64,000 nt of DNA from the human T2T-CHM13v2.0 reference genome, Homo sapiens. The notes beneath the pieces were generated by a model. The model worked only from the letters and a program-made list of their open reading frames with translations. It was not told the DNA's origin and searched no databases. The stretch lies in assembly GCF_009914755.1 (NCBI RefSeq), contig NC_060929.1. One strand, given 5' to 3'. Shown piece by piece: positions 13,121-27,406 of this stretch (position 1 is the stretch's first letter; every line of letters starts with the position of its first letter). The position numbers and the translations under genes are program-made.

Positions 13121-13479
13121 TACATACAAGTGACATAAATTCTGTGGAGAGAAGTTTTAAGCACATTTGTGAAACAAGCTACAGAAGAACTTTTGTTTTA
13201 CATTTTTATTGTGTATTTGGATGAGGGGAATAAACTGCTGACATAATTTGCTGATGATTCAGAATTGGCTATCAGCAGAATTATAATCCTGGCGAAGATG
13301 GAGGAAAAAATATAGAGAGACCTCCTGTGACAAAAAATGAGTGGAAAATTGTCACAAAATCACTTTTGGTGGTGAGGGGTAAGGGGATTGCCCCTGGGGA
13401 AAAATAAGTCATTGGATCATGCGGGTTGAGAGAGGCCGAATGAAGAGCACCTGAATGCTCTTGGCTGTCTTACCCAGCC

Positions 13480-13640
13480 CCAAATCCTCACTCAACACCC
13501 AGAAATGGGAATTATCTCCTTGCCAAGATGGGGAAACTGAGTCTCAGATGGATCGACAAACTTGGCAAGGTCTATAAGCAAAATAATAGAGGATGTAGGA
13601 ATTCAAACTCATGGCTTCCAGGCACCAAAGTCCTCACTGA
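13480..13640 (-). mobile_element. MIR
   Basis: 'agatggggaaactgagtctcaga...acttggcaaggtc...ggaattcaaactc'. Confidence 0.7.
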
Positions 13641-14169
13641 GAAAAACAGGGTGAACATAGAAAAATGACACTCTGAGAGAGAGACCCATTGAAAAGAAGT
13701 GGACAGTGAGCTTGGGTTTTAAATGTGATTCACTGACCAGCTGACTGAGAGGAAGTTTCAAAAGGTCTGTAGCACAGTGGGCTGAGGGACACTGCAATTC
13801 TTCTCCCTTCAACTCCCAGAGACTAAGTCCAGCAGTATGGGCTTCAACCAGGGGCACTTTGGTACCAGAAGGATACAGGCTGGACAGATTCCAATAGAGC
13901 AATAAAAAGAGTAAAGGAAACAGAGATTTATCTGTCGAAGGATGCATGAGTCCAAGCACTTGTAGCTTGCATTAATGGGGAGGAGAGGACGATGGATGGC
14001 AACTCTTTGAAGTGTGTGTCTGCATTTAAGGAGTGATTAGCTTATAGCAGGAGTACATCCAGGAGTGGGAAGTGACGAAATGTGGATGAGAAACCTCTAA
14101 ACTGATAGCAGAAAATGGTTTTTGGAAGAGTTACAGGGCAACTCCTTGAGGCTCTGATGTTTTTCACTT

Positions 14170-14370
14170 TTCCTGACTCACTTGTTTTCCAGGAGTCCCA
14201 GTGTCTCCTGAGGAAATCCCTTTCCCATTCAGCCGGCAGCTGCAGCAGGTGGGATGGGCCAGACCAGCCCTCTGGGGATGCTGATCCCAGGGAGCATCCA
14301 GGCCGGAAGGTCCAAACGGGCAAGTGACTCATTTGCTTTTCCTCCCTTGGTCATGTCTATGACTCATACA
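14170..14370. promoter_or_regulatory. Candidate AP-1/ETS enhancer
   Basis: TGACTCA at 14174, 14325 and 14360; CCGGAAG at 14303; GGAAATCCC at 14212. Motif inference only. Confidence 0.35.
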
Positions 14371-14769
14371 CTTTCATTCAGTCCCAAGTATGAGAAAGGA
14401 ACATCAAAAAGTCCAAGATGTTATCAAATATTTGATGAAAAAGAAAATTCCCCTCTCATATGACCCTTACAGAAAATGTTTATTTAGTCTTTTCATTTTG
14501 TTGACATTTCTTTGATTTATCAACATTGAGAAGGTACAGTGAGGAGAAGGAAGGCTGTTAAGTGAGACAAAGGAGGGTTAGGATGGCTCAGTCATTGCTC
14601 CCCCGAGGGAGTGATCTAAGCTGCTCACCCACAGACAGAAAGGGTAAATGGGCTAGCTCTTCATTAATAAGAAAGGACTCTTCGTTTGAGTAAGTGAGGA
14701 GTATTTACAGTGCTGTGTTTGTAATCACATGGTGCCTGTGTATAGATGGCTGGGAGACAGGATAAAGGG

Positions 14770-15220
14770 ATGGGTGATTTAAAAGCATCAACTTTGGTAT
14801 CAGATGGATCTGGAGTGGAATTATGGATCTGTCACTTATTAGCTGTGCAACCTTCAGCAAGATCCTTGAGTGCTCTGAGACTTAGCTTTCAGATCTATAA
14901 AATAACAATTATAAAAAAATAGCAGCAATGATAATGCCAACATGTCTATCATTGAGCTTCTACTTTGTACCAGACATTGATCTATGGATTTTACATATAT
15001 TATCTCATTTTATCTTTCCAACAAACCAAAATATGGGTAGTACTATTGTCCGCATTTTATAGGTGTGGAAGCCGAGTCACTGAGGGCTGAAGGAACTTGC
15101 TCAAGGTCACGCAATTAGAAAGGAGCAAAATATCTTCCTCCTCAGATTGTTATGAGGCTTACTCAAGGTAAAGCAGCTAAAGAGATTAGTTCCCTGTAAA
15201 TGTACAACAGTATATATGCT
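14770..15220 (+). mobile_element. MIR (+) interrupted by an antisense MIR at ~14930-15125
   Basis: Sense core at 14770-14910 resumes at ~15130 ('cctcagattgttatgagg'); internal 'aacttgctcaaggtcacgca' is antisense MIR. Confidence 0.65.
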
Positions 15221-15242
15221 TACTTTTTCTTTTTCAAACTAA

Positions 15243-15585
<343 letters not shown>

Positions 15586-16021
15586 GCCATCGACTTTTTT
15601 AAATAAGTAAGTGATTCTCTCTGCTATCAACGTCTGCTATCAATGCACAAGTAATTCACAGTATTCTTTATTTTTTAACACAAAGTTTTCAAAATTCATA
15701 GAGATTATTTGTAAGACAGCTGTGAGCAACATCTGATACTAGGCTAGGACATATCCCTCCGCTTTGTTCAAGAAACTGCTCTATACTTTTAATCAACTAA
15801 AATAAACATGTGGAAACCATTGAAAGCTTATTTTCTGTGAACTCGTTCACAAATATAGGGGCATACTTCAGAGTAAAATATAATATCTTCTCTACACATG
15901 CATCACGCAAACATGCATGCATGCACACACACACAACGTAACTCAGATGTTCAAACTGCCTTTGAAAGTGGCGTTGAGCAAAGCTGTCTTACCTAGTAGT
16001 GTTGCTATTCATCTTGGTTGG

Positions 16022-16413
16022 TGTATTAGACTGTTCAGGCTACCATAACGAAATACCACAGACTAGGTAGCTTAAGCAACAGAAACTCACTTTCTCACAG
16101 CACTGGAGGCTGAAAAGCCTCAGATCAGGGTGCTGGCCAATTTGGTTTCTGTTGAGGGCTCTCTTCATGGCTTGCAGACAACCACCTTCTCATTATGTCC
16201 TCACGTGGCCTTTCCTCAATACATGTATGTAGAGACCTTTCTCTCTCTCTCTTCCTCTTCTTATAAGGCCACCAGTCCTATCAGATTAGGACCTACTCTT
16301 ACAACTTCAGTCCGTCTTAATCACTTTCTAAAAGCCCTATCTCTGAATACAGTCACATTAGAATGTAGGGTTTAAATATTTGAATCTCGGGGGTACAGAG
16401 TTCAGTGTATAGA
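16022..16413 (-). mobile_element. MLT1A-type MaLR LTR
   Basis: tgtattagactgttcaggctaccataacgaaataccacagactagg... Confidence 0.85.
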
Positions 16414-17213
16414 AATTGGCTGAGGCTGGATTGTTTTTTATGCTGGGGCCTATGTATCTCAGAGAATCATTTATTAATAATTCAAATTTTCCATGTGGTC
16501 ATCTTTAGAACAGTAATTGCCAAAGGGCTGTGAATCAGGTGTTTATTGTAGAACATGAACAGATGAAATGTAACAGATAAGGCTCCCTTGGTAAAGCAGA
16601 GTCTTGGAATACAGGGTGGTGGTGTTCTTTCTAAAAATAAGTCTTGGTGGCTATTGTGCTGCTAATACTGAGGGCATTTTAAAACGTAAACAGGGCCTAA
16701 AAGTAAAAGCTAGATCTGGAAAGGAAAGGGACTATTCTGCAGAAGGAACACATTCTTTCCAAGTGGTTTGCATAATTTCCTATGTCGCTTTCATGTTAGA
16801 GAAAACACATAGGTATTTTGGATGACTATGTAGACCAAGTTTTCATATCATCTCAGAAATATCACTGGGGCTGGTTTGGTTAATTGAAGAAGGCTTGTTA
16901 ACTTTTCTTTCATGTGTAATTTAAAACTGGAAAATATGAACGTGCTATTTTCTTGCTTTCAGACTTTGTTACCTTCTGCCTTTGGACTTAGGCAGGCTCA
17001 AGCGGTGTATGTATATATGTCTGTATGTGAGTGGAGCTGGGGGAGTGGGGAGATGGGAGGGGTTGGACAAAAAAAATTAGAATTTGTCAATTGTAAAAGC
17101 CCTGGTAACATTCAGCTTCTTGTGTTCAATATAGGGCCTATTTATTAGGCTATTGTTCTGAGAGAGGATTTTCAAGAACAAATTTAAATCTCTCCTTCAA
17201 GAAACCAAAGGCC

Positions 17214-17513
17214 GGCCGGGCGCAGTGGCTCACGCCTGTAATCCCAGCACTTTGGGAGGCCGAGGCGGGTGGATCACGAGGTCAGGAGATCGTGATCCAT
17301 CCTGGCTAACACGGTGAAACCCCGTCTCTACTAAAGATACAAAAAAAAAAAATTAGCTGGGCGTGGTGGCAGGCGCCTGTAGTCCCAGCTACTCAGGAGG
17401 CTGAGGCAGGAGAATGGTGTGAACCTGGGAGCTTGCAGTGAGCTGAGATCGCGCCACTGCACTCCAGCCTGGGTGACAAAGCGAGACTCCATCTCAAAAA
17501 AAAAGAAAAAAAA
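17214..17513 (+). mobile_element. AluY
   Basis: 'ctggctaacacggtgaaacccc', 'gagcttgcagtg'; TSD ~aagaa(a/g)ccaaag. Confidence 0.95.
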
Positions 17514-18499
17514 AAGAAGCCAAAGACCAAGACTGAAGACCCTATTGGTTCTCCCCATAGAGTAGAGAAGCCTCATGCTTCTCAGGACAGTAAGGCTACG
17601 GCTTCATGGCGGAAGGGTAAGTAATAGGTTTCACCCTATCTAGAGTAGAGTAGTACTCATGCATCTCTGGATCTCCACCAGGCCCTGGCCAGCCTGAGGG
17701 AGAGACTAGATCACCAGTTCACCAGCACCACAGTTCCCCAGGTGGGCAAGGATCCCTGTGCCAGAGATTCCAGCAGCTAGAGGACTCCCCCTGCACCTCC
17801 AGGAGGTCATGGAAACCTTAAGCTACAACCACCTTCTCCTCTCCCTCTTTTCCATTCACCACTTTAGGGGGAAAAACAGATGGGGAGGGAGAGTGGTGGG
17901 AACAGGAAAGGAAGGAGGAAGCCTTCTAGAAGGCTGAGAATTTGTGCCCAGGAGTAACTGTGACTCAAAGGCACGGTTTACATGACAAGTTAAGGCTAGG
18001 TCCGAAATCAGATAGGGCTAAATGTTAAATTTTTAAAGGTGTGCAACAGAAATGAGTTATCTTGTCAGATTAGTTATAGGAAAAGAAGCCACATCTTACA
18101 TTCTATCTAGCTGTGCTTATGGACTGTAGCATGAGTGGATTTTGCTTCATTTGCTTCTTGTTTCATGAATGGCTAAGTGTGTGTTTATGTGTGTGTGTGA
18201 GATGTGGTAGGTGTGGTGGGGAAAGGAATAAAATATAGTTTCACTGGGAACATACTCAGTCACACATGAGTCCCACTAAAATGAAATTGTAGAAAACATC
18301 CCAAAGTATAAATGTATTTGGCAATTATATCAGACATTTTAGCATTAAATATCTCACTTCTCACTGGTTCCTCATGGCAGAGTCAAACCAGAGGACCTTA
18401 ACCAGTGCTTTCCGAACACAGACGCCCACCCCCCAAAATGTGATTTGCAAAAGGACCGTAAGGCACACTCTCTACCACCATCACCATCTCCATCATTAC

Positions 18500-18722
18500 T
18501 TGCAGCGAGCATCTACTAAGCTTACTCTATGTTAAGTACTCAGCATTCTCTACTAAATGCTTTACACGATCATATTCAGTCTTTGCAACAACCATACTAA
18601 CATTATCCCCATTTTAAAGATGAGGGAACTGAGGCTCACAGATGAAGTAAGTATTTAAGCCAAGAATCAGGGTCATGTATTAATAGTTCCAAAGCCTATG
18701 CATGTTTTTTTCCATTCTACCA
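18500..18722 (-). mobile_element. MIR
   Basis: 'cattatccccattttaaagatgagggaactgaggctcaca'. Confidence 0.8.
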
Positions 18723-19499
18723 TGCCATTTTCAAGCTTCTTTTGAAGATGACACTTTTAGAGAACTTTCTGGTATCTCTGAAGTTCAATTTTTGGGCTTT
18801 CTGTTCTCTAGGTTCTATGTCGATGTGGCTCAGAGCCAGTAGTGTAGGGTACAGGAGAAACCTTCATCACCTCATCTTCTCAGGGCCCTACTGCAAGCCA
18901 GCATCTCCCCTTCTTCCTCTCTGCTTCAAGATCCATGGAGGTATATTCTAATATTTTCTAGTATAGTTATCTTTATTTCAGTTGGTTAAGTATCAATTTT
19001 CTTATCTAATATCCTGAAGCACTTCTCTCTACCACCTGTCTTATTTTTATCCATCTCTAGGTATAAAGTTTTTGATAAAGAAAAGTGTCATTAGACACTA
19101 CCTTCTCTTTATCAAAGGTTTTCCAGTACGTTAATAAGGCTTCTCTCTGGGAATGTTTTACAAATTTCAAATTGGATAATCAATTTAAAATATATGCAAT
19201 CCAGCAAAGAGACAGCAAATACCACTAACGCTCTTCACTTGGTTTGGCCAAATCACTCACCTGGGAAAAAGTAGAAATACACCAAAATGCATTTAGAAAA
19301 ATGTCTGGACTCTCAGAGCCCCAGTGTTTCCAGACAAACACTGACAGTTTTAGCTTTTCCTATTACCAAGGCAAAAGGTTTTGCTTTTGATTCTCAGCTT
19401 TACAGGTTTCTTTTACCTTTGTCAACCTAAGTTTTCCATATTTGTTAACCTCTTTTAAAGACATGCCATGTACAGTAGCGCTTCCTGGCTAGCATGCCC

Positions 19500-19825
19500 A
19501 TCTTGTTCCCCAGCCCACTGTGCAGGCCTTGATCATTCTTTAAATCCCAGATCCTAGTTCCCTCTTCCATGAATCTTCCCAGACCTTCTCAGCTCCCATT
19601 CATTTCCCTTTCTTGGGAACCCTACAACACTCATTAAGTGAATCATTACTTCTGGCATTTAATTGTGTACTGCCTGAACTATTACTTATTATTTACATGT
19701 ATGTATATCTTCTCTTTCCAGTGACAAAACCGGTTTCTTACACGGAGGTAATTTTGTTTTGCCACATATAAGTCCCTGCAGAATGACAAATAGACATTTA
19801 ATAAATGCATATTGAATGGATGAAG
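19500..19825 (+). mobile_element. L2 3' fragment
   Basis: Ends 'tttaataaatgcatattgaatggatgaa'. Confidence 0.6.
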
Positions 19826-22169
19826 GCACTTTGTTTCAAAGGGATAACCCTGGAGTTGATTTGACTCAGGAGAAAATACAGCTCACACAGCTCATTGGAA
19901 TGCTTATTGTTTTGCCATTTCCTTGTAGTGGAAAGTCCCAGTCAGTTATCAATTAATAGTATCAACAACCATTTTATCTAGTGCTTAACAGGGGATGACA
20001 TCCAGAGGTAACTTCACAGACAGAGCCTGTTGTGAAACAGGTTGAATTCTGCCACATTTTACTACCTTCCTGGTCTCAGACCAATCACTTAACTCCTGCA
20101 ATGCCACATGTGGAAAATATATTCTGTTATCAATGAGTTTACAAGCCTGTGATACTACGCTCCAGAAGCCAGCAGGAATGTGATACTGGTGTAACTGAGC
20201 CCCTGGCTTTGCAAGTTTATACACTTAAGCATCTCTGAGTGAAAAGCAATTATATAAACACAAAGGAACCATTATTAGAGAAATCATATTTATGTTCCCA
20301 TATTGTATGTGGTCAGAGGAAAGCAAGACAAGGGCAAGACTTGGGCAAGTGACAAGACGTATTAGCAGTGGCAGCAACAGTGCTGGGTAAACAGTTGTAA
20401 ATCTCAAACGCTGAGCCGTGTTAACATTTTACAGAATGCTTTGATCCTTTTCAGTAAGATACAAAGCAAGAATAAATTCACACAGCCTCCTTGGAGGTCA
20501 GTGTGATTTCTCTGTTTCTGTGGAAAAGCACTAACTAGTCACATGCTAATTCACAGTTTGATGCTCATCAAACTGGAGCAGATGGTTAGAGGTAGGGATG
20601 ACATACAAAAAAAAAAAAAAGAAAAAAAGAAAAAAAAAGAAGACTGGTTTCCCCAGAACCTGAATGGAGATCCTGCAGCTAAAAGAGGTCACCCATCTCT
20701 CTTTTGGGTGTTCTTTTTAGACATCCAAATGCAGACTGGATGGTGCCTTCCCAGAAGAGCATGTTGTGGGTCATCTCTCTGTGGGGATAACTGGGGAAGG
20801 AAGCTTCCTCCCAAAGGACATGCAGCCAGAGTATGGTTTTACAGTAGAATCTAAGAATATTAATAATTCGTTGAACATAAATGACCAAGGAGCTCTATTT
20901 CAGTAAGAAGTTTCCGGGAGAAGTTTCAAACTGTTGTAACTGCCAAGTATTAAGGGGCAAGATGCCACTAATTCCCAGTGGATTAAAAATACTGCTAGTT
21001 TTTCTCAAGGACATTTCAATCTTGGAAAGAGTATCAGTTTAGAAACACAAATTAAATACTATCTTTGAGATGAAATGAAACCTGAAGGAATTAGACAATT
21101 CACCAATAAGAAGGACTTTTCTCAAGTAATCTTTGAACTGTGTGTTCTAGAAAGGACTGTATGTACTGAGTGGAGGCAGGGGGATGAGAAGAGGAGCTGA
21201 GGAGGAGGAGTCTGAGGAATGTGGCCTGGGGCTACTCAGATAAATTGTTACAAAGGAGGAATGTGACCTAGGAACCAATCTCCATCTCTTGAGGTGTCTG
21301 GGCCAAAACATGTTTTATGACTTTGATGATAGAAAAAAATCTATGTATTTTGACTGCTGATATAATGAAGATCAAAGCTACACAATTTGGATGAAAAGAA
21401 CCCTACTGTCATGTTTCAAGTTTTGCAAAATAAATGATGGAATGATCTTTAGATCACATGGCTGAATGTGAAGATTTGAGTACCTCACAAAAAAAGAATC
21501 TTGCAAATGTATACAGAGAAAATTATGATAATGCAAATAAAGCCCTTTAATTTATGTTGCATGAAAGAAGTTTAAAGTAGGAGTAAGTAAGCATGAGTCT
21601 ATGTTAATAGAATAGCCACCATAAATAGGAATATTTATCCATTGTTTACAAATCCATAGAATTATTAGATGAAAACTATACCATTCTAAATATGTAGGAC
21701 TCTTTATCATCCACTTACAAAAGTAATGGCTTTAGTATCTATTGTTTACTTATGTCTCTACCATTCCAGAAATTGAGTAGAGCAGGTAGCGCAGAGGGAG
21801 GGAGAAGCAGCTTCAGAGGTCAAGTCTTAATAGACAGGCCCTGGACCTTGACCTTTGGACACCCTAACTGGGCCTCTTCTACCAAACCAGACCATGAGTT
21901 GCCCCCAAACCAATTCTTCTGAAGTAACCAAATGTATCAATGAATGAATATTAAAATGAAACTTGAACAAGCCTCAAGTGCAAAGGGGACTAAGAATGGA
22001 GTCTGGTAGGGAGAGGCACCCCAAAATGAGAGTGGTGCAGAAAGAAAATTAAAACAATTCTGAAAATGGGTTTCTTTCATTTCCGAGTTTTGCTTCTGTC
22101 AATCCTTGGGGACCAGGAGAATATGGCAGCACAGGTGCTTGAGAACAGGTTGTGCTGCGATTTAGAAAA

Positions 22170-22280
22170 CCTATTGACTTTAGAGAAGTTACATAGCCTC
22201 CCTGGGCTTCTGGAACCTCATCTGTAAAAGGAAGAGGTTGGATTCAAAGATGTCTTTTCTGCTCTAATATGTTCTGGTTT
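22170..22280 (+). mobile_element. MIR3-like fragment
   Basis: 'cctcatctgtaaaaggaagaggttgga...ctgctctaatatgttctg'. Confidence 0.55.
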
Positions 22281-23061
22281 CACCAAGCAAGTCTTTGCCT
22301 GGCATCTAGAAAAGATCCTCAGCCCAAACAAAGCAACATCATCCAGAAGGAAAATGCCCTTCAGGTCTGTTTCAGGACTTCAGTGTTCACCACGATGGTG
22401 AGTGACAGCCTTTCTTGGCCACCAGCTGTCTGGAGCGACCCAGAGGAGTGGCAGGCATTGCCCTCAGCGGGGCAAGTGAGGAGGAGCTGCAGAGGCAGAG
22501 GAGAGACAGCAGGGTGGAAAGTGACTCAGGAATGAGACTGCTCTCCCCATTCGACTCTCAGTCCAAAAAACCACACTCCTATTGTGAAAATTAGACCTTT
22601 GAGCAGCGTTCCATGTGTTTATTCTACTTGTATCAAAGAGGCTTTCATCTCCCTAGAGCAAATTATTAACACATTCCACCAAAGTTGTGAGGGTGGAGGC
22701 CTGGCCTTGGAGAAAAAATAATCACCATCATAATAAAGAGTTGCCCGAAACGTGAACTTAAGAAAAACTAACATAAAAGCCCCCACTTTTAATGATAGTG
22801 GTTGGAAAGGCGCCAAGGTCCTTGTGCCCAGGGGAGCATGGTTGGCTGACTCCTTGTCCGTGGGCTGACCCTTCTGTGTCCAGGAATTTTCCATGAGCAG
22901 GCCGTAGTGTGGGAGGTGGGGACTTTTGCAGGTTCAGCAGGTTGAGGCACTCACAGCCAGTTGCCCTTAGCCTTAACTGGAGACCAGATTTTGTTGGCTG
23001 AGTGAGCAGTGGCTCTCGATTCCAGGCAATAAATCTTTGCTTCTCAAGATCATTTGGTTGG

Positions 23062-23142
23062 GAAGAGGAGGGAGAAAAATAGAGAGGAGAGAAAGAGGGA
23101 GAGAGAGGAGAGAGAGCGAGAGAGAGAGAGAGAAAGAGAGAG
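23062..23142. repeat. GA-rich tract
   Basis: Direct reading. Confidence 0.9.
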
Positions 23143-23934
23143 CAAGAACAAGAGCCAACTCTCAGATACAGCCAAGAGGAGCAACAGATATAAAGTAAGC
23201 CCAACAATATTTCAGTTTCATGAATGGATTATTCCCTAAAGGGCTGTGAGGAATAGTTTCTAGATAGAGATTATGCCATTTTCTAAAGCAAGTTCACTTG
23301 ATTTACAGGAATCCTTCGATGCTTAGGCACCTCCTTTGAGATACAGTTAGACTATATGAGTAAAGGGCCCAGTCCAAAAGAGATAATAGAGAATACAGGG
23401 AATTATTTACTGCTGCTGAAAACAGGACCCCGGGTTCAGACTTTGCTTTTGTTTGCTTTTTAAAAAATGTTTCCAAGTAACTCCAAAATACATGATACCT
23501 CAAGTCTCACGTGATTGTAACAACCAAGATTCATGAATAGCCATGAATGTGTTGTTTGTCATTAACATCAGTTTTCTCCCTTTGGGGCTAAAGAAGGAGC
23601 AGAAAGAACAGAGAAATCAGAATGCGAGTGGGACTTGTACTTCATAAAACAGCCAGAGGATCCTCCTATAAAACTGCATGGGATTTTTGGCTTTGTCATC
23701 TGGGAAATTGAGAATTTGCCTGTGATGTGAGGAGTGACTGCTGACATCAGTGGAGATGGATGAATACGTTTTGTATTACACCAATAATTAGAAGGGATCT
23801 CAAAAATCCCACCATTTCACCAGTTTCATACATAAATTTTTAAACTTTGGCTAGCAGTGATGAGTACCATTTGCTTAGCACTTGACTGCTTCAGAATGCC
23901 TTTCACAACGATATCTGTGCTATTTCTTTTATAT

Positions 23935-24379
23935 TTTCAACTTTTAAAAACATTTTAATTGAGATATAATTCACATACCATAAAAGTCACCAATTTAAAG
24001 TGTACAGTTCCATGGTTTTTAGTATATTTGTGGTGTAACCACAACTACAATCTAATTCCAGAACATTTACATCACCCCCAAAAGAAAAGCCCTTTCCATT
24101 AACAGTCATTCCCGATGCCTGTCCAACCCTCAGCCCTTTCTAGGCAACCGCTAATCTACTTTCTGTTTCTATATATTTGCCTATTGTGGACTTTTTATAT
24201 AGATGGAATCATACAGCTGTGGTCTTTTGGGTCTGTCTTTTGCTTAGGATAATGTTTTCAAATTTCATCCATATAGTAGCATGCATCAGTCCTTTATCAT
24301 ATTACCCAATAATAGTGTGGATATAACACATTTTATCTATCCTTTCATCAGTTGATAGACATTTGAGTTGTTTCCACTT
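23935..24379 (-). mobile_element. L1MB-type 3' end
   Basis: 'tttaattgagatataattcacataccataaaagtcaccaatttaaagtgtacag'. Confidence 0.85.
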
Positions 24380-24883
24380 TTTTCTTTAATTTTTAGTTGA
24401 CACGTAATAATTGTACATATTTATGGGATGCAGAGTAGTATTTCCATATGTGTATACCATGTATAATAATTCAGGGGAATTAGCACATCCATCACCTCAA
24501 ACTTGGATCATTTCTTTGTGTTGTGAACATTAAAAATCCTCTCTTCTAGCTTTTTGAAAATGTACAATAAATTCTGGTTAACCACATCCCCCCTGTGATG
24601 CTGCAGAACGCCTGAACTCATTCCTCTTATCCAACGGTAATTCCGTAATTGTTAATCAGCATCTCCCCATCCTCCCTGCCCCGCCACCCTTCCCCGCCTC
24701 TAATACCCACGATTGTACTCTACTTTTTCTTAGCTCTCTCATGCATGAGAACATGTGGTATTTATCATTCTGTGCTTCTCTTATTTTATTTAACATCATG
24801 TCCTCTGTGTTGCTGCAAATGACAGAATTACATTTTTTTTGTGGCTGAACAGTATTCCATTGTGTATATATATCACATTTTCT
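24380..24883 (-). mobile_element. L1MA-type 3' end
   Basis: 'gttgacacgtaataattgtacatatttatggg...catccatcacctcaaac'. Confidence 0.8.
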
Positions 24884-25483
24884 ATTTAACTTTTATTTTA
24901 GGTTTGATGGTACATGTGAAGGTTTGTAATGTAAATAAGCTTGTGTCATGGGGGTTTGTTGTACAGATTATTTTATCACCCAGCTACAAAGGCTAGTACC
25001 CAATAGTTATTTTTTCTGCCCCTCTCCTTCCTCCCATCCTCCACCCTCAAGTAGGTCCCAGTGTCTGTTGTTTCCTTCTTTGTGTCCATGAGTTCTCATT
25101 ATTCAGCAACTACTTACAAGTGAGAACATGCGGTATTTGGTTTTCTGTTCCTGCATTAGTTGATAAGGATAATGGCTTCCAGCTCCATCCAGGTTCCCAC
25201 AAAAGACATTATCTCATTTTTTTATGATTGCATAATATTCCATGGTGTATATGTACCACAGTCTTTAAATCCAATCTGTCATTGATGAGCATTTAGGTTG
25301 ATTCCATGTCTTCACTATTGTGAATAGAGCTGCAATGAACATACAAGTGCATGCGTCTTTATGGTTGAATGACTTATATTCCTCTGGGTATATACCCAGT
25401 AATGGGATTGCTGGGTTGAAAGGTAGTTCTGTTTTCAGCTCTTTGAGGAATTGCTACATTGCTTTCCACGATGACTGAACTAA

Positions 25484-25872
<389 letters not shown>

Positions 25873-26019
25873 ATTTTTTGACTCTTTAATAGCCATTCTG
25901 ACTGGTGTGAGATGATATCTCATTGTGGTTTTGATTTGCATTTCTCTAATGATCAGTGATATTGAGCTTTTTTTAAATATGATATTTGGTCACATGTATG
26001 TCTTTATTTTGTTAACTTT

Positions 26020-26322
26020 CATGTTTATTTATTTTTTTTTGAGGCAGAGTTTCATTCTGTCACCCACACTGGGGTGCAGTGGTGGGATCTTGGCTCTCTG
26101 CAACCTCTGCCTCCTGGGTTCAAGGGATTTTTGTGCCTCAGGCTCCTGGGGAGCCGAGACTACAGGCGTGTACCATCACACCTGGATAATTTTTGTATTT
26201 TTAGTAAAGATGGGGTTTCATCATGTTGGCCAGGCTGGTCTTGAACTCCTGACCTCAAGTGATCTCCCTGCCTCAGCCTCCCAAACTGCTGGGATTACAG
26301 GTGTGAGTCACGGCACCCAGCC
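26020..26322 (-). mobile_element. AluSx/Sz-like
   Basis: Dimer with 'gacctcaagtgatc'. Confidence 0.95.
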
Positions 26323-26919
26323 CGTCTTCTTTAGAAAAGTGTCTGTTCATGTCCTTTGCCCACTTTTTAATGTTTTTTTTGTTTGTTTTTCTCTTGCAAA
26401 TTTGTTTAAGTTCCTTATAGATGTTGGATATTAGACCTTTGTCTGATACATAGTTTGCAAAAATTTTCTCTGCTCTGTAGGTTTTCTGTTTACTCTGTTG
26501 ATAGTTTATTTTGCTATGCAGAAGCTCTTAAGTTAATTAGATGCCATTTGTCAATTTTTGCTTTTGTTGTGATTGATTTTGGCATCTTCATCATGAAATC
26601 TTTGCCTGTTCCCATGTCCAAGATGGTATTGCCTAGATTGTCTTCTAGGGTTTTTATAGTTTTGGGTTTTACATTCAAGTCTTTAATCCATCTTCAGTTG
26701 ACTTTTTTATATGGTATAAGGAAGGGGTCCAGTTTCATTATTCTGCATGTGGCTAGCCAGTTATCCCAGCACCATTTGTTGAATAAGGAGTCCTTCCCCA
26801 CACTGCTTATTATCTGTGCTATTTCTAGAATTATTTGCAATTAATGGATTCAGAAACTGAGGCTCAGTGTGTGTGTGTGATTTGCCCAAGTTTCCCTCTC
26901 TACCATTTTCACTCTATAC

Positions 26920-27148
26920 CTGCGGTTCTCAAGGAAAGACGATTTTGCCCCCCAGGGGAAGTTTGGGACTATCTGGAGACATTCTTGGTTGTCTCAACTA
27001 AAAGGTGCTGTTGGCACCTATGTTGGGTAGAGGCCATGGTACTGCTAAACATCCTAGAATGTACAAGACAGCACCCCCCTCCTCCCTGCACACACACAAA
27101 GAATCATCCATCCCCAAGTGTCAACAGCACCAAGGTTAAGAAATCCTG
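26920..27148 (+). mobile_element. MER20 (hAT-Charlie)
   Basis: 'gattttgccccccagggga...gggtagaggcca...ctgctaaacatccta...aaggttaagaaatcctg'. Confidence 0.9.
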
Positions 27149-27406
27149 CTCTATATATTCTCACTTTAAAGTTTCTCTTTGATTTCAACTACTATCTTTA
27201 TGCTGGCAACCTTTAAATCTATATTTGCTATTTCCAAAGCTCCATGGTCTTGTTGCTAACTGCCTAACAGAGACTTCTACCTGATTTTCATTTGGGAATG
27301 TTAAACACAATAAATTAAAAAGTAATATTCTGAACCTCCTATATTCTGATCTTGATCACTGCCCCTACCATCTAGGTTTTCTCAAGTGAGAAACATGATT
27401 GCAATG

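Noticed and set aside
25925-26844. Hydrophobic 169 aa and 129 aa ORFs
   Set aside because: Antisense L1 plus Alu translations.
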